Assembly: GCF_009914755.1 (NCBI RefSeq)
Contig: NC_060926.1
Length of the DNA: 64,000 bases
Strand: one strand, 5' to 3'
From: the human T2T-CHM13v2.0 reference genome, Homo sapiens
Shown here: positions 60,151 to 64,000 of the stretch, piece after piece
Layout: every line of letters begins with the position of its first letter
Numbering within the stretch: position 1 is the first letter of the stretch
Notes under the pieces: model-generated
Told to the model about the DNA's origin: nothing
The model's database searches: none
Seen by the model: only the letters and a program-made list of their open reading frames with translations
Program-made: the position numbers and the translations under genes

Positions 60151-60237
60151 TTTATCAAGAACTTCAAATCTTTTTCAAGAGCTTTATCAAGAACTTCAAA
60201 TCTTTTTCAAGAGCTTTATCAAGAACTTCAAATCTTT
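60151..60237. repeat. 32-bp tandem repeat, 2.7 perfect copies
   Basis: TTTATCAAGAACTTCAAATCTTTTTCAAGAGC starting at 60151, 60183 and 60215 (partial). Confidence 0.92.
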
Positions 60238-61199
60238 AGTGCCAAAGGATATTGGACAGATAACATGTGCGCAGACACCTGTGAAGTGCCATATCATAGG
60301 TGTCAGTGAGTCAACAAATTCATCTCAGGGCTTGTCTTTACGTACCTATGTTTGTTACTGTCCTCAATCCTGCAACCCCTACCCCTCACCACAAGGTGCA
60401 TGAGACATTCTGTGTCACTAAGGGTAAATATAATGAGATAATTGAATAATTATAAAGTAGTATACAAGTAAAGCAAGGCAAAAACAAAACACAGCAAGCA
60501 ACAACAACAGAAAACCCCACTGATATTAGAATAGGTGACTTTAGCTCTGTTTTCTTGAGATAAATAGGTGCATTGTGGTCACTTGGGATAAAGAGATACA
60601 TTATGCATGGCTGTGTCTCCAATGTCTGTGTTTCAGCTTGTTTTATATGAAACAAGAAAATAGTTGTATGTTTAATATAAGGTTTTTACAAGGATTAAAC
60701 ACAATGATACAAGTAAAGCAAAAGAATATTTCCAGGTTAATCATAACCACTCAGTAAATGCTATATATATGAAGATTATTATTAAAATATAATATGATGC
60801 CTTATAATATATAAATATGTAATTCAATGTATATATGATATACTCATTATTGTATATATTAATGATTACCATTGTTTTCACTTTATTTCAAAGACAATCA
60901 GAATATTATAATATAGAGTAGGAAGAAAATAATTACTGCCTGGCTTATTCTTGTATACATTTTGACAAAAAAAGGAGAAAAATGCATAATAGAACTAAAT
61001 AGCCACAGATTTTGTTATATATCATAAAAGATGTTTTCAACCTCTTTATTAAATCATAATGAGTTTTACATTATTTTCTACCTGAAGCTTTTATCAGTAC
61101 TAAATAAAAATTCTAGTAAATATTGAATTATATTATTCTTTCAGCAAAAAAATAGTATTTTATTATCTCTACAAAATGTAGAGGGGAGTATTCTAGGTA

Positions 61200-61755
61200 A
61201 CTGAATGTTTCTTAGCCTAACTTCTTGCTTGAAGAAGGCCTTGAAACAAAGACTTGCATACAGATAGCTTATTTTAGCAAGTGATATCCTAAGGAACAGT
61301 AGCAAGAGACTTGGGAGTGTTAAACAGAGAAGATTAAAAGCCAATTTAAGAGTATGCTGTTGAGCTGCTTAATTATGTAGGCAACTGCTCATAAATCTTA
61401 TTGACTACTCTTGGGGTGCCTTGTAGAACGCACCTTCAACTTGAGCCCTTGAAACAAGGAAGGCATGACAATATGCCCGCAGACTCTTTTTATAATTGGT
61501 GAAGAATTTTCTTAGGTTTTCTTAACCACTTGTGATTTCAGGTTTGTGATCAAACCAGAATGACTGAGCGGACTCCTGTTAGAGTCCTATGTTCTCAGAG
61601 AAATACTGGGGGAGAAATCAAGAGGTAAGTATTTCAGCCAAGGTGGAGTGGTACCAGATTGCACCTAAGGCAGCTCATTGCCACAGCAATGAGTAAGAAC
61701 TGGAATTAAGTGAAGGTAGAGGATATGTGACAGAGGACTAGACATGTCCACTATA
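61200..61755 (-). mobile_element. LTR33-like ERVL LTR
   Basis: AAGGCCTTGAAACAAAGACTTGCATACAGATAG..TATTTT...AAAAGCCAAT...GCTGTTGAGCTG. Confidence 0.55.
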
Positions 61756-62052
61756 GAATATAAATTTTTCTAGACTAAAATAATCTCTTTTTTTTTTTCT
61801 CAACAGAAAAAACACCAAAGTTGTTCTTTTTTTTTTAAGCTACTATTAGAAGTTTCAGAGAGGCAATGCCTCTCTTTTCTTGCTTTTTATTCTCACTGTC
61901 TCTCTCTTCTCATTGGTTCATTTTTTTTCTTTTTCCTCCCTCTTACTACTTCTGTCTCTTTCTCATTGAAACATAATGAGATAGAAATAATTTCTAATAG
62001 CTCATATTGAGGAAATGATTAATGCAACATCTTAAAAATAAATATATACATT

Positions 62053-62505
62053 ATATACATTTCCCAGGGCTGCCATAGGAAAGTACCACAAATTAGGTGG
62101 CTTAAAACGATGGAAATGTATTGTCTCACGTTTCTGGGGGCTTTAAATCTCAAATCAAGGTGTCAGCTGGACCATGTTTCTCTGAAACCTCTAGAAGAGA
62201 GTTCCTTCTTGCATTTTAGCTTCTGATAATTGTCAACAGTTTTCACAGTCTTTGACATTCTTTAACTTGAAGATGGGTCACTTCAATCTCTGCCTCTGTT
62301 GTCACTTGACATTCTCCCTGTGTGTATTTCTAATTTTCTTATAAGTACACCAATCACACTAAATTAAGGCCCACCCTACTCCAGTATGATCTCATCTTCA
62401 CTAATTACATATGCAAAGATTCATTTTCTAAATAAGTCACATTCAGAGGTTCTGGGGTTAGGACTTGAAAATATCTTTTTGGGGGACATAACTCAAACAC
62501 ATACA
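62053..62505 (-). mobile_element. MLT1B/C MaLR LTR
   Basis: CAGGGCTGCCATAGGAAAGTACCACAAATTAGGTGGCTTAAAAC...AAATCAAGGTGTCAGC...GGGGGACATAACTCAA. Confidence 0.82.
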
Positions 62506-63769
62506 TTATTTGTGTAAATAATGTGAAAAATCTGCTCAATTATTTTCAAAATCTGATTAATTATTTTACATCATTATATGCCCAGACATATGCATCTGAT
62601 TTTTCTCCTTGTTTTCAGTTCAAAATTTTGTGAGACATGCTCCATTTGTTTTTGCTTGTTGGTTCTATTTTTAGCAGATTTACCAACCACTGGGAATTTG
62701 AGATTTTCTTTAGATACAATAATATAAAGGTCATCGTGAATTTTGTGCTTGTAATTATTAAAAGAATCTGTTATATACTGGTAAATATTATGAGAATCTG
62801 TTACCTTAAACTCTGTCATTTCTACTTCTTTCTTTATGGGAAGAACAGACATACCTATTTATGGTTTTTATGAGTTGGGATCCATTTAGCTAAAATTGTG
62901 AGTGGGGTAAAATTTCTCTGGTGTTGTTTGCCTCCCATAGAAAATGACAAAATAATGTACATCCTTCAGATTAGGGACAATATTCAATTTCTCAGTAACT
63001 TGTACTATAGTTTCTGGTTACTCCTTTCTCAGTGTTTTTTTTTTTTTTTTTTCTCTGTCAAAGCCTATCAAAACCTAATTTTTTCTTTTTTTCTGACTAC
63101 TCATTATTTTCTTAGTAAACTCTGCTTCCATGCTCTTCTCCGTGGTTTCTGACAGGGCCAACGACGTGACAATTTACTTCATCTCAAGATGTACAATTCT
63201 TCATATAGACCTTGCTCATGTTTTGTGATTGAGGTAAAACATTGATATTATTTGTGACTCATTATGGTACATTGTTCCATACAACAGCCTCCTCATCTTC
63301 TCTCCTCTCTCTAGCTAATGGTTTTAATTCTGATCATATTTGACCTATACTTTTCAATTCAGACTAATGTTGATTGATTTCTCTATTTTATGTGTATAAT
63401 AAACACAAACATCAGATTTATAACTACCTTAAGTAGAAGGAAGTGTGATACTTTAAAACAAAGAAAGCACTAGTTATAACATGTGTAGTTCACCTGCCTG
63501 TCAGTAAAGATAAGCTCCAGCTGCCAGCTTAGTGCAGTATCAACATCCTCAGGGGCTTTCGGTGTCTTTTTGTTCATTTGTTTGTTTGTTTAACACAATG
63601 GTAATCATAAGACCAGCTTTGTGCCTCAGTAATGAAGCAAACAAAGAAAATGAGAGGTTGCTTTTCTGTGGCTATAATAGAATATGCATCAATCGCCTCC
63701 CTCACTGGTGGATGTAGCCAGTTTCTTTGTTTTTCTCAATTGTATAGATTTCACAGAGGTAGGACAATA

Positions 63770-64000
63770 CAGCGGTTTAGATCATGGACCACTTTGGTTC
63801 AAGCAGCACTTTCACTTTCTTGCTATATAACCATAGGTATGTTGTCGTATCTCTTTTTTCTTTTGCTTTCCATCCGTGGACAAAATTATTACCTATGTAT
63901 AGAATTCTGGTGAGGAGAAGTAAATGAGATGGAGAAACATTCTTAAAAGAGGGTCATGCCAATAGTAAGTGTAACATGAAGGGTCAGTAATCATTATTAT
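63770..64000 (+). mobile_element. MIR
   Basis: AGCGGTTTAGATCATGGAC...CATCCGTGG...TTACCTA...GTGAGGAGAAGTAAATGAGAT...ATAGTAAGTG. Confidence 0.5.

Noticed and set aside
60151-60237. CRISPR-like 32-bp repeats
   Set aside because: The repeats are head-to-tail with no spacers, in a eukaryotic context.

Overview
This is AT-rich, repeat-dense human non-coding DNA (intergenic or a large intron); human origin is inferred from an AluYb8 and an SVA_F-type element. I found no host protein-coding exon, RNA gene or CRISPR array, and nearly all ORFs in the track are transposon-derived or spurious. The window contains L1s of several ages, seven Alus, several LTRs, DNA-transposon remnants, MIR/L2 fragments and microsatellites. 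The most interesting item is a full-length minus-strand SVA (46609-49915, 17-bp TSD). It has 56 perfect GGGAGA hexamers that encode poly-RE, poly-GR and poly-GE on the + strand. Its 3' end has three stacked poly(A) tails with ~400 bp of transduced DNA, suggesting three successive jumps. Other notable items are a twin-primed L1PA2 whose inverted part keeps a 470-aa RT ORF with a D600H change, a 116-bp inverted duplication fused to an L1MA tail, and a young AluYb8. I found no truly new biological system. Subfamily names come from recalled consensus sequences and need RepeatMasker/Dfam confirmation.
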